Positions 46,301-57,885 of a stretch of DNA of 64,000 nt are shown here, in pieces; positions within the stretch are counted from its first letter, which is position 1, and each line of letters opens with the position of its first letter. The translations under genes were made by a program, and so were the position numbers. Origin of the DNA: Burkholderiales bacterium (GTDB lineage Bacteria > Pseudomonadota > Gammaproteobacteria > Burkholderiales > SG8-39); NCBI GenBank assembly GCA_049802235.1, contig JBARMB010000050.1:87577-151576 (forward strand), given 5' to 3'. Under the pieces are notes generated by a model, which was not told the origin of the DNA, did no database searches, and saw only the letters and a program-made list of their open reading frames with translations.

Positions 46301-48151
46301 AAGCTGAGGAGCTTTGTCTGGAGCAACCTGACGACAACGGAACAAGGATATTTCGCCGGCACCAGGGTGCCGGATTTCTCCACGCTTACCGCCAACGAGC
46401 AGGCCAACCTTACTTGCAGCGGCTGCGGCCAGAAAATCGTCGACTTCATACGCGGCCAGCGCGGATACGAGGCCAGCACCAACGACCTCACCACCCCCGA
46501 TCTCACCGACACCGCTTTGTTCCGCAACCGGGTTCACCTGCTGGGAGACATCGTCTCGGCCGAGGCGGTCTACGTGAGAGCGCCCGTTTTCAGCTACGCT
46601 GACCCCGGCTACACCACCTACCAGACCTCCGGCACGGCCGCGACGCGCCAAGCCATGGTGTATGCCGCGGCCAACGACGGCATGCTGCACGGGTTCAACG
46701 CCACCACCGGCGCCGAGGTATTTGCCTATATTCCGACGCACGTCATGCCGAATCTGGTGAATCTCACCGATAAGCAGTATTCCATCCACCACAGCTATTT
46801 CGTCGACGGCACGCCGACTGTCGGCGATGTCTGCACCGCCAACTGCACCAGCAGCAGCACCGCAGTCTGGAAAACCATCCTGGTGGGGGGATTCAATGAT
46901 GGCGGCCGCGGCTATTACGCGCTCGATATCACCGATCCGACCAACCCGAAGGGCCTGTGGGAGCTGAAATCGAGCAGTACCTGCATTCCGAACGGCACCG
47001 GCGCCAACGTCAATACACCCGTGGACCCGGTGAATACGGCCACGGGTGCGCCTTATACCGCTGATTGCGACATCGGCTACAGCTTCGGCAATCCGATCAT
47101 CACCAAGCGCGCGGACGGCAAATGGGTGGTGCTGATCACGTCCGGCTACAACAACATCTCCCCCGGCACCGGCGGCGGCTTTCTCTATGTGATCGATGCG
47201 GGCTCCGGCGAAATCCTGAGCAAGATCGCCACCTTGGTGGGTACGACCAACGCCGGCAACACCACTACGCCGAGCGGTTTCACGCGCATCAATGCGTTCG
47301 CCACCAATACCGACGCCGACAACACCACGCTCCGCGTCTATGGCGGCGACCTGAACGGCAACTTGTGGCGCATCGACAATACCAACATCCTCGGGGCCAG
47401 CGGCAACAGCGCCAAGCTGCTGGCGATCTTCGACACCGCGGCTGTTGTTGGAGCGCAAGGCAGCGGCACGCAGCAGATCACGGAGAAACCGGAACTCGGG
47501 GAGGTCAGCATCAATGGCGTCATGTTCGAGGTCGTGTATGTGGGTACCGGACGCTTCCTCGGCGCCTCGGATCAAAGCGCAGCCGCAACGGCTCAGCAGC
47601 AGTCGTTCTATGCCGTCGAGGATCCTTTGACCGTCAACCCGGGGTGGGGCAATTTCCGCGGCCTCATCGGCACGACCGTAGTGCAGCAGACGTTATCGAT
47701 AATTTCCGGGACAACAAACCGCACCACTACGGCGAACTCGGTGGATTTCTCAGCCGGCAAGGCGGGATGGGTGATCGACTTCAACCCGGTGGTTAGCGGT
47801 GTCGGGCAGTCCCCGGGAGAACGCAGCTACACGGACCCGACGCTGCAACTCGGCACGCTGACATTCACCACCAACGCGCCTGCGGCCGGATCGGACCGCT
47901 GCGTAATCGGCGGGACGAGTTTCCTCTACTTCATCGATTACACGACCGGCGGCCCGATATCCGGCATCTCGGGACAGTTCCTCGGCAATGCGCTGGCGAC
48001 GCGTCCGGTCGTGGTGCGGCTGCCCAACGACAAGGTGATCAGCCTGACACGGCTGTCCGACGGCACTACGGTGAGCTTGCCGGTACCGATCGGCGGCGGG
48101 GGCGGCGGCGGCAAGCGCATCAACTGGCGCGAGATCAATACCAATTTCTAG
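43307..48151 (+). CDS. pilY1: PilY1-like type IV pilus tip adhesin, unusually large (1614 aa)
   Basis: Signal peptide; MIDAS-like DDSGSM (aa 55-60); PilY1 C-terminal propeller signatures VYAAANDGMLHGFNATTGAEVFAYIP, YFVDGTPTVGDV, ILVGGFNDGGRGYYALDITDP; and the Ca-site-like NTDADNTTLRVYGGDLNGNLWRID. Confidence 0.85.
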   Translation: MKSSSPSIKSLAVGFATLACFVALRAHAGSTDISATPLVTGSTLPVLPNIMLLLDDSGSMEWQFMPDNVLYVPSFSTVNSINCRNSSGGTTSCGGTASRGSRSSVSPPVDAKEFNVISYNPAITYVPPVNYDGTNTAFKNWDNSTGWLWNAVANDLFLPSTSQGTYNVQSGYLERWWCSGSPATANDTVLCRQNGALVKQPAMSGTVTSAPTVTGSSPSFTVTVDVTASYSAGGKNGCAVGDQVTISGLTPSKANGTFAVASVPSSGRFTYTYSSTTNTASDKPSSGAALTASACIQAFPISSIIHSTTTATLTRQGSSSSVGQTGCFPGDTVTVAGVSPSQYNGTWTVATVSASGLTLTYTMTSAPSSNGSAASNTVMTFSACNVPMAQLAQSGGTATATFLTAHGCNVGDTVTVSGAFQSGYNITNATVVSVPALNQLTYAVATGTASPATRATSSVPIRSTVCAGTRTSYSVDANSVPPLMQGFPMAGFSNQSDVSGAPYSYAIYPNEWCTSEDLSKCDSTFQTSTNPFPATVRYCVSSATQTAAPGSSTTTSTSSSSGCQRVFTSNGSFQRPRYGYFVRSDINSNITSYAKASTRGDCTGATCTFNQEMTNFANWYAYYRVRIHMMKSSSGRAFQALNPNNANASNVGYRVGLTTTNNGKTLVLAPFAGDTSSGQKASWYTSLYAVDPSGGTPLRQALARVGRYYAGSYKTASPYNQDPMEYSCQQNFVIATTDGYWNGAGGVRLDGSTAVGDQDGSAPRPYFDSSASAAADNAGTLADVAYYYYGTDLRTASNNPNGSLGTDVTLNNVPAIGKDTATWQHMTTFTMGLGLDSTLLWESGYDTAGTSSDYNSIVNGGPGAKNWPVPVQNDITAVDDLWHAAVNGRGTYFSAKNPEAVISSLSTAFSSIKQRNGTDAAAATSNPNIVSGDNFLFSSNFTTLTWVGDLTRQTIDISTGAVSSAVDWSAQGQLDTRGSATTDTRTIWTFDSSTGSATKLRSFVWSNLTTTEQGYFAGTRVPDFSTLTANEQANLTCSGCGQKIVDFIRGQRGYEASTNDLTTPDLTDTALFRNRVHLLGDIVSAEAVYVRAPVFSYADPGYTTYQTSGTAATRQAMVYAAANDGMLHGFNATTGAEVFAYIPTHVMPNLVNLTDKQYSIHHSYFVDGTPTVGDVCTANCTSSSTAVWKTILVGGFNDGGRGYYALDITDPTNPKGLWELKSSSTCIPNGTGANVNTPVDPVNTATGAPYTADCDIGYSFGNPIITKRADGKWVVLITSGYNNISPGTGGGFLYVIDAGSGEILSKIATLVGTTNAGNTTTPSGFTRINAFATNTDADNTTLRVYGGDLNGNLWRIDNTNILGASGNSAKLLAIFDTAAVVGAQGSGTQQITEKPELGEVSINGVMFEVVYVGTGRFLGASDQSAAATAQQQSFYAVEDPLTVNPGWGNFRGLIGTTVVQQTLSIISGTTNRTTTANSVDFSAGKAGWVIDFNPVVSGVGQSPGERSYTDPTLQLGTLTFTTNAPAAGSDRCVIGGTSFLYFIDYTTGGPISGISGQFLGNALATRPVVVRLPNDKVISLTRLSDGTTVSLPVPIGGGGGGGKRINWREINTNF
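43919..44704 (+). repeat. Three tandem ~85-90-aa Cys-framed protein repeats inside pilY1
   Basis: The units are aa 205-295, 296-384 and 385-466. Each carries C-x2-GD-x-VT(I/V)-x-G...NGT(F/W)...(L/F)TY...C, for example CAVGDQVTISG, CFPGDTVTVAG and CNVGDTVTVSG. Confidence 0.7.
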
Positions 48152-48189
48152 TGACCGGGCGCGGGGAGTCGCAACGGCTTCCCGCGGCT

Positions 48190-48936
48190 TCACTCGAGCA
48201 CGAAATATATGACGACGTACACCCGCGCTCTCGCCGGGCGACCGTCAAGCTCCCCCGGCGTGAAGCGGAAATTGCGCACCGCAGCGAGAGCCGCATCGGC
48301 AAACTCCCTGTCGGAATCCGGAGCCGCCAGGGCTTCCGCTACCTTGCCGTCCGCGTTGATCATGAGCTGCAGAAACACCATTCCATGGCGTCCTTCCCGA
48401 TACGCCTCGCGCGGATATTCCGCGGATAATTTCTCGGGCAATTCCGGAGAACGGCTCAGTTTGTCCGCGGTCAGATAGTTCCCGGCATCGGCGAGCGACG
48501 ATATCGGAGGCGACTTCAGCGGCGTAGTGGGGCCCAGGTAAATGTAAGACCGGCTGTTGTCAGCTTTTATGTCCTCCAAGACTTTCGGGGACTGCCTCTG
48601 CGGCTCAAGCGTACCCGCAATCTGTTTTGTCGGGCGCGCATCACCAGTATTTTTTTGCTTGGGCAGCGCCGCCTTCACAGGCGTTGCCTGCGGAAGAGCC
48701 GGTTCGGGGCGCAACGCAACTGCCGCCGGCGAATCACGCCGATCGAGCGGGATCAGCAGCACGTTTAGAGGGGGAGAATCGGAAAAACCCAGCGGCGACT
48801 GCGGCAACCTGAAAATCGCCAATAGCCAAGCATGCAGCAGGAGCGAACAACAAATGGCAAGCACCATGCGCAGACCGGGCGAACCGGGGCGGGTGATGCG
48901 CTGGACGGCGTGCATTGCGGAGCGGCGCAACGCCAT
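48190..48936 (-). CDS. TonB C-terminal-domain protein (energy-transducer-like)
   Basis: From ATG 48936 there is an N-terminal TM segment (MVLAICCSLLLHAWLLAIF) and a Pro-rich linker. The C-terminus is YPREAYREGRHGMVFLQLMINADGKV...FRFTPGELDGRP. The longer track ORF would overlap ispH. Confidence 0.6.
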   Translation of the reverse strand: MALRRSAMHAVQRITRPGSPGLRMVLAICCSLLLHAWLLAIFRLPQSPLGFSDSPPLNVLLIPLDRRDSPAAVALRPEPALPQATPVKAALPKQKNTGDARPTKQIAGTLEPQRQSPKVLEDIKADNSRSYIYLGPTTPLKSPPISSLADAGNYLTADKLSRSPELPEKLSAEYPREAYREGRHGMVFLQLMINADGKVAEALAAPDSDREFADAALAAVRNFRFTPGELDGRPARARVYVVIYFVLE

Positions 48937-48941
48937 CGCAA

Positions 48942-49892
48942 TCAGGATATGCTGGCGAGGCCCTTGGGCAAGGGGAAAGTTACATGCTCCTCTATTCCCT
49001 TGAGCTGGGTAACACCCCTTGCGCCCAACTCCTGCAGTCGGGCGATGACTTCCTGCACCAGAATCTCGGGCGCCGAGGCTCCCGCCGTGACACCGACGCG
49101 CCGCCTGCCCTTGATCCACTCCGGCTGAAGCTGGCGTGCGCTGTCCACCATGTGGGCCTCGGTGCCGCGACTCTGCGCCACTTCGCGCAGACGGTTGGAA
49201 TTGGAGCTGTTGGGCGAGCCGACCACGATGACGAGGTCGCACTGCGGCGCCATGAACTTCACCGCATCCTGGCGGTTCTGCGTGGCGTAGCAGATGTCGT
49301 CTTTCTTCGGCCCCGTAATCGCGGGAAAGCGCTTCTTCAGTGCTTCGACGATCGCGGCGGCGTCGTCGACCGAGAGCGTAGTCTGGGTTACATAAGAGAG
49401 CTTGTCCGGATCGCGCACTTCCAGGCGCGCGACATCGCCCACGGTTTCCGCGAGGTGCATGCCTTCGGCGGCCTGTCCCATCGTGCCCTCGACCTCAGGG
49501 TGGCCGCGATGGCCGATCATGACGATCTCGCGGCCCGCCTGGCGCATTTTCGCGACCTCGACGTGCACCTTGGTGACCAGCGGGCAGGTCGCGTCGAACA
49601 CCCGCAGCCCGCGCGCCTCGGCTTCGGCCCGCACCGCCTTCGACACGCCGTGGGCGCTGAAGATCACCGTGCTGCCGCCGGGCACCTCGTCGAGCGCCTC
49701 GACGAACACGGCGCCCTTCTGCCTCAAATCCTCGACCACGTATTTGTTGTGCACCACTTCGTGACGGACGTAGATCGGCGCGCCGTGGATGGTGAGCGCG
49801 CGCTCGACGATGCCGATGGCGCGCTCGACGCCGGCGCAGAACCCGCGCGGATTCGCCAGCAGAACTTCGGTTTCGGCCTGGATGCCGGACAT
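48942..49892 (-). CDS. ispH: 4-hydroxy-3-methylbut-2-enyl diphosphate reductase
   Basis: [15 protein letters not shown]...VRHEVVHN...[11 protein letters not shown]...[11 protein letters not shown] are IspH/LytB signatures. Confidence 0.92.
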   Translation of the reverse strand: MSGIQAETEVLLANPRGFCAGVERAIGIVERALTIHGAPIYVRHEVVHNKYVVEDLRQKGAVFVEALDEVPGGSTVIFSAHGVSKAVRAEAEARGLRVFDATCPLVTKVHVEVAKMRQAGREIVMIGHRGHPEVEGTMGQAAEGMHLAETVGDVARLEVRDPDKLSYVTQTTLSVDDAAAIVEALKKRFPAITGPKKDDICYATQNRQDAVKFMAPQCDLVIVVGSPNSSNSNRLREVAQSRGTEAHMVDSARQLQPEWIKGRRRVGVTAGASAPEILVQEVIARLQELGARGVTQLKGIEEHVTFPLPKGLASIS

Positions 49893-49901
49893 GGGCTTAT
49901 T

Positions 49902-50389
49902 CTAGCGCGGCGGCTGCGCGCGCGGACGCAGGCCATCGAGGATCAGCAGCACCGCGCCGACGCTGATCGCGGAATCAGCGAGATTGAACGCCGGCCAGTG
50001 CCAACCGAGGACGTGAAAATCGAGAAAATCCACCACGTGGCCGAGAACCACCCGGTCGCAGAGATTGCCGAGCGCCCCGCCGAGGATCAGCGCCAGGCCG
50101 GCGCAGAACAGCCGCTCGCCGGGATGCCTGGCGAGCAGCGCCACGATCACCACCGCCGCGACAATGGCGATGCCAATGAACAATTCCCGCTGCCACCCGG
50201 CCGCATCGGAGAGAAAGCTGAAGGCGGCGCCGCGGTTGTACACGAACACCAGGTTGAAGAACCCGGTGATCTCGCGGATTTCCCCCGGTCGAAGGCTCGC
50301 GCCGAGCGCGTATTTCGTCGCCTGGTCGAGCCCCGCGACCAGCGCCGCCAGCCCGAGCCAGGGCGCGATCTGCTTCGCTGTCGATGCGT

Positions 50390-50399
<10 letters not shown>
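49902..50399 (-). CDS. lspA: Lipoprotein signal peptidase (signal peptidase II)
   Basis: LDQATKY...[16 protein letters not shown]...VVDFLDF... pattern. GTG start overlapping the ileS stop. The ileS-lspA-ispH synteny is conserved. Confidence 0.88.
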
Positions 50400-53225
<2,826 letters not shown>

Positions 53226-53233
<8 letters not shown>

Positions 53234-54161
53234 TTCGGTAATCCAGCAGAAAATTTCTTGCGGCATCGCAGTCGCGCGCGATCTGCGCCTTCAGGGTCTC
53301 GAGGTCGGGATACTTCTCCTCGTCGCGGATCTTGTGCAGGAATTCGACCCGCAGGTGCTCGTCGTAGAGGTCGCCGGTAAAATCGAACAGGTGCACTTCG
53401 AGCACCGCGCGCCCGCTTCCGGTGACGGCGGGCCGCACGCCGAGGCTTGCGACCGCGGGATGCGGCGTCTCGCCGACGCCGTGGATCCTCACTGCGTAGA
53501 TCCCCATGAGCGGCGGACGGTTGTGCTTCAGTTGCACGTTCGCGGTGGCGAAGCCGAGCTTGCGGCCGAGTTTCCTGCCGTGGATCACCCGGCCGCTGAT
53601 GCTGTACGGTCGGCCGAGCAGCGCCTGGGCCGAGGCGAGGTCGCCCGTGGCGAGCGCAGCGCGCACCGCCGAGCTCGCCACGCGCCCACCGGCGTACGTC
53701 ACGGTCGGCATCGTTTCCACTTCGTAGCCGCAGCGGCCGGCGAAGCTCTTCAGCAACGTGAGATCGCCGGCGCGCTTCGCGCCGAAGCGGAAATCGTCGC
53801 CGATCAGGAGCCAGCGCGCCTGCAACCGCTTCGCCAGCACCTGTTCCACGAACGTCTCCGGCGGCAGCGCCGCGAACGAGCGGGTGAAGCGCTGCACGTG
53901 CACGCGCTCGACTCCATGGGCCGCGAGCAGTTCGCACTTCTCGCGCAGCGAAGTCAGGCGCGTCGGCGCCGCCTGCGGCACAAAAAATTCCCGTGGATGG
54001 GGCTCGAACGTGAGCACGCAGCTCATGAGCTTGCGCTTGCGCGCTTCGCCGGCAAGCCGCGCCAGCATCGCCTGATGGCCGCGGTGCACGCCGTCAAAAT
54101 TGCCGATGGTCAGCGCAACCGGGGGAAATGCGGCGGCGGGAGCGCCATGGGTGAGCAGCAT
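53226..54161 (-). CDS. ribF: Bifunctional riboflavin kinase/FMN adenylyltransferase
   Basis: [17 protein letters not shown]..., FEPHPREFF, and [11 protein letters not shown] in the kinase domain. It overlaps the ileS start by 8 nt. Confidence 0.92.
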
Positions 54162-54311
54162 GAGGAGAGACGGTAAATGCGCAAAGTTTTGAATTATAGC
54201 GGCTTTCAGTGATCCAGAAACGCAGGATCACATCCCGCCGTGCGCTCGCAAGGAACCTGACAGGGGCGCGGGCACGACGTAGGATTGGGCTTTGGCAAGT
54301 CGGAGGAGCGA

Positions 54312-54812
54312 ATGAAATCCGTTGACGAGCAGATGTCGGTCTACGCCGTCTACCACCGTAACCGCTGGAACAAGGCCACGCACTTCATCGGCGTCCCGGC
54401 GATCATCTTCGCGATCCTGGTCCCGATGAGCTGGATTCAATTCGGCGACAACGTCACTCTGGCGCGCGTGTTCGTCGTCGCGGCGCTGATCTACTACTTC
54501 GCTCTTGACGCCGCGTTCGCTCTGACGACGGCGGTCATGGTTGGCGCGCTTCTCTACGCCGCGGAACACGCTGCGGCGGGCGACGCGACCGCGGGCTGGA
54601 TCTGGTTCGGTATCTTCTTTGTCGGCGGCTGGGCTTTCCAGCTTGTCGGCCACGTGTTCGAAGGCCGCAAACCGGCGCTGGCGGACAACCTGTTCCAGAT
54701 CTTCGTCGCGCCGATTTTTCTCGTCGCCGAGATTTTCTTTGCGCTCGGTTTGAAGCGCGACATGCGGGAGAAAATCGAGGCGCGCCTGGCAGGAAACATC
54801 CCCGCGAGATGA
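54312..54812 (+). CDS. DUF962 (Mpo1-like) membrane protein
   Basis: ATG 54312 after GGAGGA. MKSVDEQMSVYAVYHRNRWNKATHFIGVP...GHVFEGRKPA is the DUF962 pattern as recalled. Confidence 0.6.
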   Translation: MKSVDEQMSVYAVYHRNRWNKATHFIGVPAIIFAILVPMSWIQFGDNVTLARVFVVAALIYYFALDAAFALTTAVMVGALLYAAEHAAAGDATAGWIWFGIFFVGGWAFQLVGHVFEGRKPALADNLFQIFVAPIFLVAEIFFALGLKRDMREKIEARLAGNIPAR

Positions 54813-54878
54813 ACGGCGCGGAGCGTCCGCTCGATATCGCGGACGCAAGGCGGCGCGCAAGCGCGTCCGCGCTTGCGG

Positions 54879-55712
54879 CTAGTTTAGCCGCGCAGCGGCC
54901 TGCCTCAGCTCGATGATCTTGCCGTGGATTTCCGTTGCATCCGGCGCCTGCGGCCGCCGCCGCAGGTAGTTCTGCAGGTCCGACAGCGCCGGCCGGAAGC
55001 ACTCGAGTCGCTGGTACACGAAGCCGCGATCGCGCAGCTCCTCGGCCGACTCGGGCATCACCAGCAGCATGCGGTGCATGACCGCGAGCGCCTGTTCCAG
55101 CTTGCCGGCCTGGAGATAGACGTTCTTCAGATTTCTCAGCACGCGGGTGACGATTTGCCGCGGCGTCGCCGGCTCGAGATACTGATCGAGCTGCGCGCGC
55201 TCCGCCTGCTCCGAGGGCAGCATCCGCGCCAGGCGCTGGCGCAAGTCGGCCTCCGACTGCGCATTGCCGCCGGCGAACGGATCGAGCACGAGCTGGCCGC
55301 GCCTGACCGAGAGCTTCACCAGGAAATGCCCGGGAAACGAGACGCCCTTCAGGTTGAGACCGAGGCGTTTGCCGATCTCGAGATACAGGATCGAGAGCGT
55401 GATGGGAATACCGATGCGGCGCTCGATCACCTCGTTGAGATAATTGTTGCGCGGGTTGTAGTAGTCGTCGACGTTGCCCGAAAAGTGCATCTCGTTGAAC
55501 AGGTAGTAATTGAGCGCGAGCACCTTCTGCTCGGCAAAAGCGTCATCCGCAAGCCGCTTCTTGATCGCCGCCGCGATCTCGTCGAGCCGCCCCAGGTAGA
55601 CGGGAATGTCGATTTCAGGATAGACATCCTGCGCCAGCATCAGGCTTGCCTCGGCGAGATCGAACTGCTCCCGCGACACCAGTTCGGCAAAATGTTCGAG
55701 CTGCGCGTTCAT
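54879..55712 (-). CDS. SirB1-family protein (transglutaminase-like N-domain plus TPR C-domain)
   Basis: From ATG 55712: [32 protein letters not shown]...[31 protein letters not shown]...GHFLV. It overlaps the murJ stop by 4 nt. Confidence 0.6.
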   Translation of the reverse strand: MNAQLEHFAELVSREQFDLAEASLMLAQDVYPEIDIPVYLGRLDEIAAAIKKRLADDAFAEQKVLALNYYLFNEMHFSGNVDDYYNPRNNYLNEVIERRIGIPITLSILYLEIGKRLGLNLKGVSFPGHFLVKLSVRRGQLVLDPFAGGNAQSEADLRQRLARMLPSEQAERAQLDQYLEPATPRQIVTRVLRNLKNVYLQAGKLEQALAVMHRMLLVMPESAEELRDRGFVYQRLECFRPALSDLQNYLRRRPQAPDATEIHGKIIELRQAAARLN

Positions 55713-57244
55713 GCTGCGCGTCTGGCGAAATCCCTGAGCCGGAAACCCAGCAGCCACAGGCAGGCGAAATACGCGCCGCCGCCGAGAAGCACGAGCCCCG
55801 TGATCGCCGCGAAGCGCGTCGCGGCCGGCGCGGTGAACCACCAGCGCTCCGGCTCCATCGCCAGCCAGAGCGCGAGCGCCATTGCCGCCAGTGCCGCCGC
55901 CACCTTGAGCGCGAAGGCCCGCCATCCCGGCTGCGGCTCGTAAATCTTGTGCTCCCGCAGCTTGTGATACAGCAGCCCGGCGTTGAGGCAGGCGCCCAGC
56001 CCGATCGCCAGCGCCAGCCCGGCGTGCTTCAGCGGGACGATAAACGCTGCGTTCATGAGCTGGGTGGCAATCAGGGTCACGATGGCGATCCGCACCGGCG
56101 TGGCAATATTCTGCCGCGCATAGAAGCCGGGCGCCAGCACCTTGACGAGGATCAGGCCGAGCAGCCCGATGCTGTAGGCGACCAGCGCCTGGCGGGTCAT
56201 CCAGACGTCGCGCTCGCCAAATTCCCCGTAATGAAACAAGGTCGTCACCAGCGGCACCGCCAGCAACGCAAGCGCCACGGCCGCGGGCGCCGCAAGGGTG
56301 AGCGTCAGGCGCAATCCCCAATCGAGCAGTTTCGAATATTCACTGTCCGCCGACGCCGAATGGTACCTGGACAGGCTCGGGAGCAGCACCGTGCCGAGCG
56401 CGACGCCGAGCAACCCCGTGGGAAATTCCATCAACCGGTCGGCGTAATAAAGCCAGGAGACGCTGCCGTGCTCGAGAAACGAGGCGAAGATGGTGTTGAT
56501 GAGCAGGCTCACCTGGCTGACCGAAACGCCGAGCACCGCCGGCCCCATCAGCAAGAGGATGCGCCGCACGCCGGGGTCGGCGAACCCGCGCCGCGGCCGC
56601 GGCAGCATGTTGATTCTCGCCAGCGCCGGGAGCTGCAGCGTGAACTGCAGCACGCCGCCGGCGAACACCGCCCAGGCGAGCACCATCACCGGCGGGTGAA
56701 AGTAGGGCGCGAAAAACAGGGCGCCGAAGATAAAGGAAAGATTGAGCAGCGTCGGCGTCAGCGCGGGGATGACGAAGCGGCTCCAGGTGTTGAGGATGCC
56801 GCCGGCGAGAGAAACGAGCGAGATGAAAAGGATGTAGGGAAACGTGATCCGCAGCATCGCCACGGTGAGCTCGAACTTGCCGGGTTCTGCCGCGAAGCCC
56901 GGGGCGCTCACGTAGATGATGACGGGTGCCGCCACCACCCCGATCGCCGAGGCGACGAGCAACGCGAGCGTCAGCAGCGTCGCGGTGCGGTCGACGAGTT
57001 GCCGGGTCTCGCCTTCTCCCCGTCGCGTCCGGTACTCCGAGAGAATCGGAACGAAGGCTTGGGAGAACGCGCCCTCGGCGAACAGGCGCCGCAGGAGGTT
57101 GGGAATCCTGAAGGCGACGAAAAACGCGTCGGTCGCCACCCCTGCCCCGAACAGCCTGGCGATGACCACATCCCGGACGAACCCGAGGATCCGCGACACG
57201 AGCGTCATGCTGCTTACCGTGGCAAGCGCTTTCAGCAGACTCAT
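55709..57244 (-). CDS. murJ: Lipid II flippase MurJ
   Basis: [66 protein letters not shown] is a canonical MurJ/MviN N-terminus. 511 aa, polytopic. Confidence 0.92.
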   Translation of the reverse strand: MSLLKALATVSSMTLVSRILGFVRDVVIARLFGAGVATDAFFVAFRIPNLLRRLFAEGAFSQAFVPILSEYRTRRGEGETRQLVDRTATLLTLALLVASAIGVVAAPVIIYVSAPGFAAEPGKFELTVAMLRITFPYILFISLVSLAGGILNTWSRFVIPALTPTLLNLSFIFGALFFAPYFHPPVMVLAWAVFAGGVLQFTLQLPALARINMLPRPRRGFADPGVRRILLLMGPAVLGVSVSQVSLLINTIFASFLEHGSVSWLYYADRLMEFPTGLLGVALGTVLLPSLSRYHSASADSEYSKLLDWGLRLTLTLAAPAAVALALLAVPLVTTLFHYGEFGERDVWMTRQALVAYSIGLLGLILVKVLAPGFYARQNIATPVRIAIVTLIATQLMNAAFIVPLKHAGLALAIGLGACLNAGLLYHKLREHKIYEPQPGWRAFALKVAAALAAMALALWLAMEPERWWFTAPAATRFAAITGLVLLGGGAYFACLWLLGFRLRDFARRAA

Positions 57245-57329
57245 GCGGCCATTATAGCTTTCGGAGCCGGGAAACCTTGCGCCGCGCCGCCTCAGCGATT
57301 ACAATTGCGCCCTTTCGTCCGGGACTCAC

Positions 57330-57593
57330 ATGGCCAACACCAAAGGGGCGCGCAAGGCGGCCCGTCAATCCGAGACGCGGCGCAAGCACAACGCCAGCCT
57401 GCGCTCGACGCTGCGCAGCTCGATCAAGGGCGTCGCGAAGGCGATCCTCGCCGGCGACAAGGCCGCCGCGCAAAAGGCGCTCCGGGAGGCGACCGGCGTC
57501 ATCGATCGCATCGCCGACAAGAAGGTGATCCACAAGAACAAGGCGGCGCGGCACAAGAGCCGCCTCTCCGCGCGCATCAAGGCCCTGGCCTGA
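57330..57593 (+). CDS. rpsT: 30S ribosomal protein S20
   Basis: [26 protein letters not shown]...[19 protein letters not shown]. It is divergent from murJ, as in many proteobacteria. Confidence 0.95.
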   Translation: MANTKGARKAARQSETRRKHNASLRSTLRSSIKGVAKAILAGDKAAAQKALREATGVIDRIADKKVIHKNKAARHKSRLSARIKALA

Positions 57594-57617
57594 TTCGCGC
57601 GTGGCTCGGCAAAGAAA

Positions 57618-57641
57618 GGGCGGCTCCGGCCGCCTTTTTTT
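57618..57641 (+). terminator. Intrinsic terminator of rpsT
   Basis: GGCGGC-TCCG-GCCGCC hairpin followed by T7 (57635-57641). Confidence 0.8.
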
Positions 57642-57885
57642 GTTTTCGGCTCCGCGCGGATTCATCGTAGCGATCCGAGCCGCGGCTTTTCCGGTGTTCC
57701 GTAGCGCAAGGCCGCGAGCCGCCGGGATTGCGCACTAACCTCCGCACGCTCCTCCGGCCGCTTCACACCGCGGCCGGCCGGGTTTTCGGGGGCGGATGTC
57801 GTGAGGGCCCAGGGCATGGCGCCCCCTTCTTGCATTCCCCTGCCCTTTGCCGCAACAATCCCGTTTTCCCCTTGCGCCCCGCTTC

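Noticed and set aside
44570-47575. Long minus-strand ORFs (461 aa and 431 aa) and plus-strand alternative-frame ORFs inside pilY1
   Set aside because: All overlap the 1614-aa PilY1 frame, which has a signal peptide and multiple family signatures. The alternatives are low-complexity G/A/R/V-rich sequence.
48085-48111. GGC/GGG run encoding GGGGGGGK near the PilY1 C-terminus as a possible slippage or phase-variation site
   Set aside because: It is a mixed GGC/GGG codon run, not a pure homopolymer or perfect triplet repeat. It is more simply a glycine linker.
55646-57670. 674-aa plus-strand ORF opposite murJ that runs through rpsT
   Set aside because: It is antisense to canonical murJ and out of frame with rpsT. 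The translation is extremely Arg/Glu/Asp/Gln-rich.
57754-57790. 8-bp GC hairpin (CCGGCCGC-N8-GCGGCCGG) followed by GGGTTTTCGGGGG upstream of the decarboxylase gene, as a possible attenuator
   Set aside because: No leader peptide or alternative pairing was identified. It could equally be a second terminator after rpsT or a REP-like element. The evidence is insufficient to call it.
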